A stretch of 48,617 nt of DNA, taken from Candidatus Yonathbacteria bacterium. GTDB lineage: Bacteria; Patescibacteriota; Minisyncoccia; Phycocordibacterales; UBA1550. Shown piece by piece: positions 8,478 through 17,019 of this stretch. The notes under the pieces are model-generated. The model searched no databases. It had not been told where the DNA came from and worked only from the letters and a program-made list of their open reading frames with translations. Made by a program: the position numbers and the translations under genes. The DNA lies in assembly GCA_016215205.1 (NCBI GenBank), contig JACRKU010000029.1:1-48617 (forward strand). The letters are read 5' to 3'. Each line of letters begins with the position of its first letter. Position 1 is the stretch's first letter.

Positions 8478-11400
8478 ATGCTTAACAAACATGCTATTAG
8501 ATTCAAAGAATCCTTATCCGACTTCAGGATAATAACAGCAAACCTAGTGGTGCTGGTTAAAACCGCCTTTTTAGGTATTTTAAGTGCGGAAATTTGGGGC
8601 TTATCACTTGCCATCGCCTACAAGTTGAACGGATGGATTTCTTCCAATGACTATGAATATAAAGCAATAGCAGTTTGCGTTGCAGGTACTTTGTTTCTAG
8701 TCGCATACCTGCTGGCACGTGGAGTATTTGCTGACTCAAAGAAAATCATCCGAAGTTGCCGTATTGATGTGCTAATCATCTTCTGCTTCGGAATCTGGCT
8801 CAGTATTGCGTGGGGTGGTTTTCTATCGATATGGATTTCAAAGATCGTTTCCTCTGTTAACATTACTCAGATACTTACTATCCTTTCCGGACCTTTTATT
8901 TTGGGGACTCTAGTGATGGGACGGCAGTTGCTTTGGAAAGATAAGAAGACTGATTCTTCGCTAGTTACTGATATCGAGCTCAAGAGTAGAGATAACGATC
9001 TACTAAACTTTACGGGAAAAGCCAATGCATTTGCGGAGCGTGTATTCAACGGAGGATCACCAGAGAGCTTCGTGTTCGGGGTTGATGCTCCTTGGGGAAT
9101 AGGTAAATCAACTTTTATAAATTTCTGCAACGAGTACTGGGAGGAGAAGTACACAGACGGAGTGGTAGTTTATAAATTCAGTCCACTTCGATATTTGGGA
9201 TCGGCAAATTTGCTGGAGGTCTTTATTGATGGCTTGATACATGCCATTCAAAAGAATGCATTCATCCCTGAAATAAAACCCTTAATATCTCGCTACACTC
9301 GCTTACTCAAAGAGATAAAACGTTTTTCGCTATTCGGTTTTACTCTCCCGACCTTTGTAGTGGACTATACAGCCGACGAGGCATTCGACGACTTGAGTGC
9401 CGTTCTAAAACGATTTCCAAGGAAAGTCATTATAGTTATTGATGACTTGGATCGAATCAGTTTTGCAGAAATAAAAGACATACTGTTTGTTATAAGAAAA
9501 AGTTTTGCATTTCCGAATGTTTCGTACGTCATTTGTTATGACACAGAGAACATAGGCGTACTTGAAGCCGATTCTCCCGATGTTGAAAAGGTTGGTGAGT
9601 TTTTAGAAAAGTTTGTGAACATAAAAATCAGCTTGTACTTAGATAGAGAAGACTTGAAGAACTATGTGTCGGAGAATCTTGAGAGTGCACTCACTACGAG
9701 TATTGTCGATCCCTTGCCAGTGCGCCAGGCAATTGGAGGACTACTCGAGATATACGACTCGTCAATGTATCACAGGTATCTCCCTTTTATTGGTGATGTA
9801 AGAAAGTTGAAACGGCTCATCAATACCGTCATGATGTTTGACCTCCAGTCCACGGACTTTCAAAGTAGTGATTTTAATAAACGAGACTTGGTAAATCTTT
9901 TGCTCATCTATATCCATTACCCGAGCGTCTTTAGAAAGATTTATGATACTGAGACAAAGGGTGGTAGAGGATTTTTCTCATTGGTAATACCTTACGATGA
10001 AGGTTATCCGAAAGATGAAACAGGGACACGAGGAAGATCGTCATCTTCTGATTCTTCCTACAAGAATTCAACCCACTATCACGACTACTTAAAAGAGCTG
10101 GAATTTACTGAAGACACCCCTCAGCGTTTTCTTTTAGACCAAGTATTTAATGTGGACGTACGCTTGAAGACCGATAAAAACAGTCTCTATGGTAACGAAT
10201 ACGCTAACATAGATAAAATCCCAGACGATGTACGCACTTCGCTCGCCTGTTTTAACGGTGGTTGGACAAATGGCAGGAATCTTGAGACGTATTTGGATTT
10301 AATTGTGAACCTCTCAAAACCTGTCGATGTTGATCAACATAAATTTTATACTCAATGGAGAGATAAAATAATTAATAAAACAGTCACCATTGATACTGCG
10401 TTTGCAGATGAAAAGTTTACATATAGTGAGGGAGAGAACAGGAGAGAAAAGCTGTGGCGTATATTGGTGAACAACGCACGAGAATTGCCAAGTGATATTG
10501 CAAAAGAAATAATTACCTATCTTTTGAAGACAATACCCGAGTATTCCTTACTTGAAATGGGAGACCCAAATGTAGGAATGGGATTGCGACACAATTTGGA
10601 TTATTTCCTCACCAGACTACTGAACGATGCCGGATGGATTGATCCACAAGGTAAACATTCAAATAATGTTCAGCCCCACATCGCTGAAATTGCCGAATGG
10701 GTTTTTGGCGAAGGTAGACACGCAGGCAGTGGTGTACTCGCAACACTTTCAGAAGAAAATCGAGGTGTATTAGGAATCCACGACTTACTACTTTTTAGGT
10801 TATCTTGTAGCGCAGACCGTGGAGGCGACATCTTTGATTTATCTCGAGCCGTTGCAGAACACGCAAATCAGAACGCCCCCTCCGCAGGTTCTACAAGAGA
10901 TATCGCTCGTGAAGAGATGCGTGAGATATCCCAAAGGGTGTTCGAGATATTTAATACGAGATACATTCTTCCAAAGAAAAATATCTTTGCAGAAATTGAC
11001 GCTCTACAAACATCCAATCTCGTTGGTAAATATGACAACTTTCTTAAGCAGAAGATTACTGATGGCATATTCCAAGCTACGGACATAGACAAGAAATCCG
11101 TTGAGCTAAAAACTCGTGTGGGTGCTTTTATTCTGTACCAAATGGCGAACGCAGAAATCAATCTCGGAGCCGGATGCGGATTTTATGATCCTACCGGAAC
11201 TGAGGATAAGCACACCATCAGAGACTTAGTTAACGATTATCTTTTTGAACACTGCTTTGACCCAAAGAAAACTAAAAACACGGAATACTTCATTGACTAC
11301 TTGTTCAGAAACTTTGCTAGTGCATTTGCTTCTGCACGAGAAGATGGATTGAAATATATACCAAGTATTAATGAATTTATCAAAGTGTTGGATAAGGTGA

Positions 11401-11615
11401 AGCTTTCAACTTTTTGGCAGAAACATGGTACAACTTTCAAAAACCTTAAACTTGAGGATAAAGAAAAAGTCGTATTCGTGGGTAACGATGAAGCTTCGTA
11501 TAAAAAATATGTCCCCATGGTTTATAAAGTCTTAGACGATAACGTTACCGAAGTCACAAAAGTAGCCCCAACTTCTGTTGTGATTCCTGCTTCTAACCCT
11601 GTTATTGATGCCTAA
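8478..11615 (+). CDS. KAP-family P-loop NTPase with N-terminal transmembrane helices and a long uncharacterised C-terminus
   Basis: About 4 hydrophobic segments in the first 155 aa, Walker A GVDAPWGIGKST, Walker B VIDDLDR, FLEKFV and DVRKLKRLIN KAP motifs. Confidence 0.88.
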   Translation: MLNKHAIRFKESLSDFRIITANLVVLVKTAFLGILSAEIWGLSLAIAYKLNGWISSNDYEYKAIAVCVAGTLFLVAYLLARGVFADSKKIIRSCRIDVLIIFCFGIWLSIAWGGFLSIWISKIVSSVNITQILTILSGPFILGTLVMGRQLLWKDKKTDSSLVTDIELKSRDNDLLNFTGKANAFAERVFNGGSPESFVFGVDAPWGIGKSTFINFCNEYWEEKYTDGVVVYKFSPLRYLGSANLLEVFIDGLIHAIQKNAFIPEIKPLISRYTRLLKEIKRFSLFGFTLPTFVVDYTADEAFDDLSAVLKRFPRKVIIVIDDLDRISFAEIKDILFVIRKSFAFPNVSYVICYDTENIGVLEADSPDVEKVGEFLEKFVNIKISLYLDREDLKNYVSENLESALTTSIVDPLPVRQAIGGLLEIYDSSMYHRYLPFIGDVRKLKRLINTVMMFDLQSTDFQSSDFNKRDLVNLLLIYIHYPSVFRKIYDTETKGGRGFFSLVIPYDEGYPKDETGTRGRSSSSDSSYKNSTHYHDYLKELEFTEDTPQRFLLDQVFNVDVRLKTDKNSLYGNEYANIDKIPDDVRTSLACFNGGWTNGRNLETYLDLIVNLSKPVDVDQHKFYTQWRDKIINKTVTIDTAFADEKFTYSEGENRREKLWRILVNNARELPSDIAKEIITYLLKTIPEYSLLEMGDPNVGMGLRHNLDYFLTRLLNDAGWIDPQGKHSNNVQPHIAEIAEWVFGEGRHAGSGVLATLSEENRGVLGIHDLLLFRLSCSADRGGDIFDLSRAVAEHANQNAPSAGSTRDIAREEMREISQRVFEIFNTRYILPKKNIFAEIDALQTSNLVGKYDNFLKQKITDGIFQATDIDKKSVELKTRVGAFILYQMANAEINLGAGCGFYDPTGTEDKHTIRDLVNDYLFEHCFDPKKTKNTEYFIDYLFRNFASAFASAREDGLKYIPSINEFIKVLDKVKLSTFWQKHGTTFKNLKLEDKEKVVFVGNDEASYKKYVPMVYKVLDDNVTEVTKVAPTSVVIPASNPVIDA

Positions 11616-11616
11616 A

Positions 11617-11799
11617 ATGAAACGCCAGTTCAAAAAATTACCAGAAAGTATAGACCTGCAAAAAGCCGAAGAGATATTTTCGGACCGGTTAGCCGAGCTT
11701 ATTGTTATGACGCTGGATTATCAGTATGAGCAGAAGCTTAAAGCCAAGGCCGATCCAAAAGAAGATGTGTCGGGTGAGGAAAAAGTTAAGCAATTATGA
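11617..11799 (+). CDS. Small hypothetical protein
   Basis: ORF abutting the KAP stop; helical, charged (EEIFSDRLAELIVMTLD). Confidence 0.45.
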   Translation: MKRQFKKLPESIDLQKAEEIFSDRLAELIVMTLDYQYEQKLKAKADPKEDVSGEEKVKQL

Positions 11800-11808
11800 C
11801 TCAGTGTA

Positions 11809-11839
11809 ATTTGCTTAACATCGCTTGAGTTAAGCAAAT
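11809..11839. terminator. 11-bp inverted repeat (terminator or protein-binding site) ending the rightward operon
   Basis: ATTTGCTTAAC-N9-GTTAAGCAAAT. Confidence 0.5.
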
Positions 11840-12013
11840 CGTCCCACGCTCTCAAATTTGGTCTTACGGCTTGGACCGGGTGCAATAGGTGTCAAACATT
11901 TACTCTTGGCACAAAGCTCGCTACAAGGGCAACCAGTCGGGCAGAAAGCGGGTTAGTTAGAGTTGGTTCGGATGAGTACGTTCACAAGGGTCTCAAAATT
12001 CGCTACAATGGCA

Positions 12014-12108
12014 TTATATGGTAGCAAGCTGGGCTTCGTAAGCAGATTTTAGTTGGTGCCAGTCGTATAACTCTCGCATTATTTGGTTCCAGTTAATTTG
12101 TAAGTAGT
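12014..12108 (-). other. Detached 3' end of the integrase gene (31 codons + TAA) at the right boundary
   Basis: After GTG(12112-10) reads DYLQINWNQIMRELYDWHQLKSAYEAQLATI*; in frame with integrase KSSLV when the CCAC cores are joined. Confidence 0.7.
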
Positions 12109-12112
12109 CCAC
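12109..12112. repeat. Candidate right attachment core (CCAC)
   Basis: Partner of 167-170. Confidence 0.65.
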
Positions 12113-12158
12113 AACGGCAGGCGGTAATGCGAAAGCATTACCGCCTTTTGCCGTTGTG
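12110..12158. other. 21-bp GC-rich hairpin with GAAA tetraloop (terminator-like or small RNA)
   Basis: CACAACGGCA-GGCGGTAATGC-GAAA-GCATTACCGCC-TTT-TGCCGTTGTG. Confidence 0.75.
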
Positions 12159-12307
12159 AGACCCGAGGAGATTCGAAAGGCGCAGGCGTGTACACACAAT
12201 AGTCTGCTGTGTTTGCGAGACCATTTCTACAAAACTTGCATAATTTGAGGAAAACACTAATATGTAACTTAGGTATTGTACGTTTCAAAACAACCAAGGA
12301 GAACGCG

Positions 12308-13741
12308 ATGTCAGCCAAAAAAGAGGCGATGTTTGGGAAAATTGTTGCTTACAATGAACGCGACAAAAAATTGTTTGTACTCGACACCAACGTGCTTATG
12401 CACGATCCTGTCAGCATGTTCAGTTTTGACGAACATGACATTTATCTGCCGATGGTAACATTGGAAGAACTCGACCACAACAAGAAAGGCATGACCGAAG
12501 TTGCGCGCAACGCTCGTCAAGCAAGTCGTTTTCTGGACGACATTGTCAGCGGATATGAAGGAAAGATTGACGAAGGTTTTCCTTTGGCATCGCAAAATTC
12601 TCGCGCAACCGGCCGTCTGTTTTTGCAGACCAGCTTGATCGACAGCAATCTCCCCAGCTCTCTGCCAATCGGCAAAGCCGATAATCAGATTCTCGGAGTT
12701 GTGCTCCATCTGGCGAAAGAAAAAAAGAATAGGCAACAAGTTGTCTTGGTTACTAAAGACATCAACATGCGTATCAAGGCACGCGCACTTGGTCTTACAG
12801 CAGAAGATTACCGGAGCGACAAGGTGCTCGAGGATACAGACTTGCTTTACTCGGGTATGCGCGAACTGTCTCCGGACTTTTGGGAAAAACACGGCAAAGG
12901 CATGGAATCATGGACGAATGCCGGTAATACGTATTATCGCATCAAAGGACCTATGGTGGAGAGTCTCCTTGTTAATGAGTTTCTCTATCAGGAGAATGAT
13001 AAGCCGCTTTATCTTATCGTCAGGGATGTTAATGGCGCGAGCGCGGTGCTCTCAACAGTCAAAGATTACGCCCATGCTAAGAATAATGTTTGGGGTATCA
13101 ACACGCGCAATCGCGAGCAAAATTTCGCTCTCAATGCGCTCTTGAATCCGGATATTGATTTTGTCACATTGTTGGGTCAGGCCGGCACGGGTAAAACCTT
13201 GCTGACTCTGGCTGCAGGGTTACATCAAACACTGGAGACTAAAATTTATTCGGAAATCATTATGACCCGCGTCACGGTGCCGGTCGGGGAAGACATCGGT
13301 TTTTTGCCGGGTACCGAGGAAGAAAAAATGACACCGTGGATGGGCGCGCTAGAAGACAATCTGGATGTGCTTAATCATAATAGCGATGAGCGCGGCGATT
13401 GGGGGCGTGCCGCTACGCAAGACTTGATTCGTTCACGCTTAAAGATTAAATCGCTTAACTTTATGCGCGGACGGACATTTCTTGAAAAGTACCTCATTAT
13501 CGACGAGGCGCAGAACCTCACGCCAAAACAGATGAAAACTCTGATAACGCGTGCTGGTCCCGGTACGAAGGTGGTCTGTTTGGGTAACATTTCCCAGATT
13601 GACACGCCATACCTTACCGAAGGCAGTTCCGGGCTCACGTATGTCGTGGATCGTTTTAAGGGTTGGAAGCATAACGGCCATGTAACGCTCATGCGCGGCG
13701 AGCGTTCACGGCTGGCGGATTATGCCGCAGAAGCATTGTAA
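12308..13741 (+). CDS. PIN-domain PhoH-family ATPase
   Basis: PIN motif FVLDTNVLMHDP, VTKDINMRIKA, Walker A GQAGTGKT, RGRTF, IIDEAQN. AAGGAG SD at 12296-12301 supports ATG 12308. Confidence 0.92.
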   Translation: MSAKKEAMFGKIVAYNERDKKLFVLDTNVLMHDPVSMFSFDEHDIYLPMVTLEELDHNKKGMTEVARNARQASRFLDDIVSGYEGKIDEGFPLASQNSRATGRLFLQTSLIDSNLPSSLPIGKADNQILGVVLHLAKEKKNRQQVVLVTKDINMRIKARALGLTAEDYRSDKVLEDTDLLYSGMRELSPDFWEKHGKGMESWTNAGNTYYRIKGPMVESLLVNEFLYQENDKPLYLIVRDVNGASAVLSTVKDYAHAKNNVWGINTRNREQNFALNALLNPDIDFVTLLGQAGTGKTLLTLAAGLHQTLETKIYSEIIMTRVTVPVGEDIGFLPGTEEEKMTPWMGALEDNLDVLNHNSDERGDWGRAATQDLIRSRLKIKSLNFMRGRTFLEKYLIIDEAQNLTPKQMKTLITRAGPGTKVVCLGNISQIDTPYLTEGSSGLTYVVDRFKGWKHNGHVTLMRGERSRLADYAAEAL

Positions 13742-13758
13742 AAACATCATCACCAATC

Positions 13759-13792
13759 GCCCCGACTGTCAGCTGACAGGCGGGGCTTTTTT
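13759..13792 (+). terminator. Rho-independent terminator
   Basis: GCCCCG-A-CTGTCAGCTGACAG-G-CGGGGC followed by T6. Confidence 0.8.
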
Positions 13793-13892
13793 AATTTTGC
13801 AGTTCAAAACACCTTGCAAACCTTTAACTTTACATACTTGTGGTGGTATACTATATGTGTCGCACATCACCCGAAAAACATTTACCACATTT

Positions 13893-14909
13893 ATGAGTAT
13901 TTTTCAAAAATCAGCTGTCATCATCGCTCTCATTTTCACTGCCGTCGCCGGATATTGGTATTGGTCTTCCGGTACTGGAGTGCGGATAAACCGGAAATTT
14001 TCGCAATCTATTGTCATTGTGGACCCCGGCGGCGCGTCATTCGCGGAGCTTTTTCGCGGGTTTCAAGAAACACTGAAAGCCACCCACCCAGATTCCGCTT
14101 TGCTCTCTATTATTTATATGAATGCCGAAGGGAATCAAGAAAAACTAAAACAGTTTGTGAGTGAGGCTGTGTCGATGAACCCATCGCTCATCGCCACCGT
14201 TTCAAGTCCGCCTACACTTCAGGCACTCGGAGAAACAAAAGAAAGCAAGATTCCGATTCTTGCGGTTCTCGGCGACCCGACAAAACACGGATATATCACG
14301 TCGCTCCAAAGTTCCGGAATGAATCTCTCCGGTATTGCGCAACAATCAATCGAGCTTACACCAAAGCGGTTTGAGATTCTCAAAGAACTCGCGACGAAAG
14401 TAAAGAGGGTTGCGGTATTTTATGATACGACCTGCGGACCAACGAAAGAGGCGCGTCCGATTGCAAATGCCGCGGCGCCAAAGCTAGGTCTCGCGCTTGT
14501 TGAGTTTCCGCTCACGACACCCAGTCGTGATGACTTGAAAAAAGCGCTCTCGGTTGTGAACACAAAAGATTTTGACGCGATTATGTTTTATCCGCACGGT
14601 ACGCTCTTTTCAAAATCGGATCTTTTTCTCGCAAAAGCGAAAGAATTGAAACTCCCCATTGTTATGCCTGAAGAAGGCGCGCTTAAAGACGGCGCTGTCG
14701 CTTCATACGGTCCTAACTATTATTTCATCGGAAAACAACTTGCGCGTCAGGCTGAAAAAGTTTTGAACGGTGTCGACCCAAAGGATATTCCATTTGAACA
14801 AGCGGAGAATATTCAGTTGGTCATCGACTTAAAGAACGCAAAATTTTTGGATATTAAAATTCCAACAACAGTCCTTGAGCGCGCGGATAAGGTTGTTGAT
14901 GGACAATAG
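13893..14909 (+). CDS. ABC-type substrate-binding protein (ABC_sub_bind-like), membrane anchored
   Basis: N-terminal TM/signal, DPTKHGYITSL.SSGMNLSGI, GAVASYGPNY..IGKQLARQAEKVLNG.DPKDIPFEQ..IDLKNA. Start ATG 13893. Confidence 0.85.
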   Translation: MSIFQKSAVIIALIFTAVAGYWYWSSGTGVRINRKFSQSIVIVDPGGASFAELFRGFQETLKATHPDSALLSIIYMNAEGNQEKLKQFVSEAVSMNPSLIATVSSPPTLQALGETKESKIPILAVLGDPTKHGYITSLQSSGMNLSGIAQQSIELTPKRFEILKELATKVKRVAVFYDTTCGPTKEARPIANAAAPKLGLALVEFPLTTPSRDDLKKALSVVNTKDFDAIMFYPHGTLFSKSDLFLAKAKELKLPIVMPEEGALKDGAVASYGPNYYFIGKQLARQAEKVLNGVDPKDIPFEQAENIQLVIDLKNAKFLDIKIPTTVLERADKVVDGQ

Positions 14910-14933
14910 AGAAAAAAGAAGAATAACAAGAGC

Positions 14934-16418
14934 ATGCGATTTTACAAAAAGATATCTACTGCTTCAGGAGTCGCGTATATCGTGTTGGGTTTTTTGTTTG
15001 CGCTCGTCAACCTCGGGTGGTTCATTTATTTTTCACGCACATTGGATGGAAATATCAGAGATGAAGAACAACACGCCGCTCAAAAATCGGCGATTGCCGC
15101 ATCGACGTTTCTTGAGATGAAAAAATCAAACCTTGAGGTTATCGCGCGAGCCCTTTCCGATGATTTGTCAGACGCGCGTAACTACAATCTTGTATCAGGA
15201 CTTCTCCGTGAAAAGGATTATAATCGAGTGTTTCTTGCGGGTTTCAGCGGGGCGGAATTGTTCGTCGCCGATCGCGCACATACGGTGTTTCCCGAGGAAT
15301 ATGTATCAGTGCGCCTTACGGACGAGTTTACCACAGCAATTTCAGGGCAAGCGGCTTTCGGGCAAGTGCGAATTACGGATAGATTTGAGCCCGTCCTTAC
15401 AGTCGTTGTTCCCGTTGTCTCATCCACAGGAAAGATAATCGGTGCTCTTGGAGCCGAGCTTTCCGCGAAATCCGTTTTTGAATCAATCGGTACAGTAACG
15501 ATAAACGGTCGAGGTTCTGCGTATGTTGTTGACAACACGGGAGTGTTAATAGCGCACAAGGATGTGTCGCTCGTGCTCAAAAATACCAATTTTCTAAACC
15601 GCCTTGTCGTTTCGGAAACCCTTAAAAAAAGCGCGGATGTGAGTACAAACGCGAACGGCGGAGTTTATGTATATGATAATGAAGATGGTATTTCCATTCG
15701 CGGTGCGGGAGCATATGTTGAGAGCGCTCGGTTAGCGGTTATTTTTGAAGACCCAAAGAATCAAGCGGAACAACCACTCACCATCATTCGTTTACTTTTT
15801 GGTGCCGTAATTGGGGCCGTATTTCTCATAATCTTTATTCTTCGGAAAATCAATGTCAATCTTGCTCGCACAAGGACAATCCTCGAACAAGAACGAAATA
15901 AAGTTAGCGCGATTCTCGCATCAATCGGCGAAGGATTATTGGTGGCCGACAGAGAGGGCGCTGTTGTTCTTTCCAATAAAGTTGCATGGAACATCATAGG
16001 CCCGGGAGTGGAAGAGATAAACGGAATGAACCTGTTTGATGTTTTTCCTCTTTTCAAGAATGGCGTGTTAATTTCTAAAGAAGAACACTTGGCTACGGCT
16101 GTTATGAAAACAGGCAACCCAATCAGCAGTACTCTTTCCGACGGAATCTCATTTCGCAAAAAAGACGGCACCGATGTGCCGATTACAATGAATGCAACCC
16201 CGCTTCGGGAAGTAGGACTTGAAAGTGAAGCGGTGGCCGGAGTTATTGTCACATTCCGTGATGCGACGAATGAGAAGCGCCTTCAGGGGGAATTGGTGAG
16301 CCGTACCGATGAGGCGGAGCGCATGAACTCTTTTATGGTTGGTCGCGAATTAAAGATGGTAGAGTTGAAAGATAAAATTGCTCTTCTGGAGAAGGAGAGG
16401 GAGGATAAAATCGGTTAG
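14934..16418 (+). CDS. Membrane sensor: TM-dCache-TM-PAS-coiled coil, no catalytic output domain
   Basis: Two TM helices, Cache motifs (PVLTVVVPV, AYVVDNTGVLIAHKD), PAS (ILASIGEGLLVADREG..RKKDGTDVPITMNATP), ends with MVGRELKMVELK coil. Confidence 0.8.
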   Translation: MRFYKKISTASGVAYIVLGFLFALVNLGWFIYFSRTLDGNIRDEEQHAAQKSAIAASTFLEMKKSNLEVIARALSDDLSDARNYNLVSGLLREKDYNRVFLAGFSGAELFVADRAHTVFPEEYVSVRLTDEFTTAISGQAAFGQVRITDRFEPVLTVVVPVVSSTGKIIGALGAELSAKSVFESIGTVTINGRGSAYVVDNTGVLIAHKDVSLVLKNTNFLNRLVVSETLKKSADVSTNANGGVYVYDNEDGISIRGAGAYVESARLAVIFEDPKNQAEQPLTIIRLLFGAVIGAVFLIIFILRKINVNLARTRTILEQERNKVSAILASIGEGLLVADREGAVVLSNKVAWNIIGPGVEEINGMNLFDVFPLFKNGVLISKEEHLATAVMKTGNPISSTLSDGISFRKKDGTDVPITMNATPLREVGLESEAVAGVIVTFRDATNEKRLQGELVSRTDEAERMNSFMVGRELKMVELKDKIALLEKEREDKIG

Positions 16419-16606
16419 GCACGCTCCATTAGCGGCACTCGGCCGCTGTGAGAATGTATTCACTTTCACGCGCTCCTCGTTTGCTAATATAAGGGTAAAT
16501 ACAGCTTTTATTGCAATTTTCCCAAAATAATTCTACACTAAAAGGAGTCTTGAATTGTATCTTGCCGCTTCGTTCCTTAACTTTACAAAGATAGAGGAGG
16601 TGCGCC

Positions 16607-16951
16607 ATGGACGCAAATTTTAGCGTTTCAAAATGCAATCTTACCCTTTATTTTAATCCAAATGAAACGGGCGATGCATCGCTGTGCATGCAGATGTTTT
16701 TTGAAGAGAAAAAAAGCAAGGGTTACAGTGTTCCGAATTTTGAAGAAGACTTTTTTAGAAAATTTGCTAATTCAAGGAAGTCCGTTGGGCTCGTGTTTGA
16801 GTATGATGACATCGGTTTTGCCATCGGTTTCATCGAAGAGGTTCTTGATATGAAATATGAAAGTAACGGGAACAGCGGGGACATTGAAATGTTGGTACGT
16901 TTTTTACGCGAGATGGAACAGTGGTATTCGGGATATCATACGATCCATTAG
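16607..16951 (+). CDS. Hypothetical protein
   Basis: Strong SD GAGGAGG upstream, own terminator downstream; no recognised motif. Confidence 0.6.
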   Translation: MDANFSVSKCNLTLYFNPNETGDASLCMQMFFEEKKSKGYSVPNFEEDFFRKFANSRKSVGLVFEYDDIGFAIGFIEEVLDMKYESNGNSGDIEMLVRFLREMEQWYSGYHTIH

Positions 16952-16960
16952 TTGCATTAA

Positions 16961-16992
16961 AAAGCCCGAGCCGCAAACTCGGGTTTTTCTTT
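16961..16992 (+). terminator. Rho-independent terminator
   Basis: GCCCGAG-N7-CTCGGGT followed by T run. Confidence 0.65.
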
Positions 16993-17019
16993 TCCCTTTT
17001 TGTGCGGTAGAATATCCCC

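Larger units (their letters stand above)
167..12112. mobile_element. Integrated ~11.9 kb serine-integrase element (satellite-like) carrying type III RM and a KAP NTPase
   Basis: Integrase at the left end, CCAC cores at 167-170 and 12109-12112 giving an in-frame integrase fusion on circularisation, rep/regulator/xis-like genes, defence cargo, and a return to housekeeping genes after 12.3 kb. Confidence 0.8.

Noticed and set aside
12014-12199. 61-aa ORF as an independent gene
   Set aside because: It straddles the att core and hairpin; only the portion left of the core looks coding and is better explained as the integrase tail.
12156-12230. Intact tRNA gene
   Set aside because: No T-stem pairing, D-arm, anticodon arm or matching acceptor 5' strand could be built.
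12209-13892. Longest-ORF starts (12209, 13722; likewise 4389, 4425, 27162, 28473, 34737, 35266, 43391, 46217)
   Set aside because: These extensions run through promoters, terminators or neighbouring genes; downstream ATGs fit SD or -10 signals and expected domain starts.
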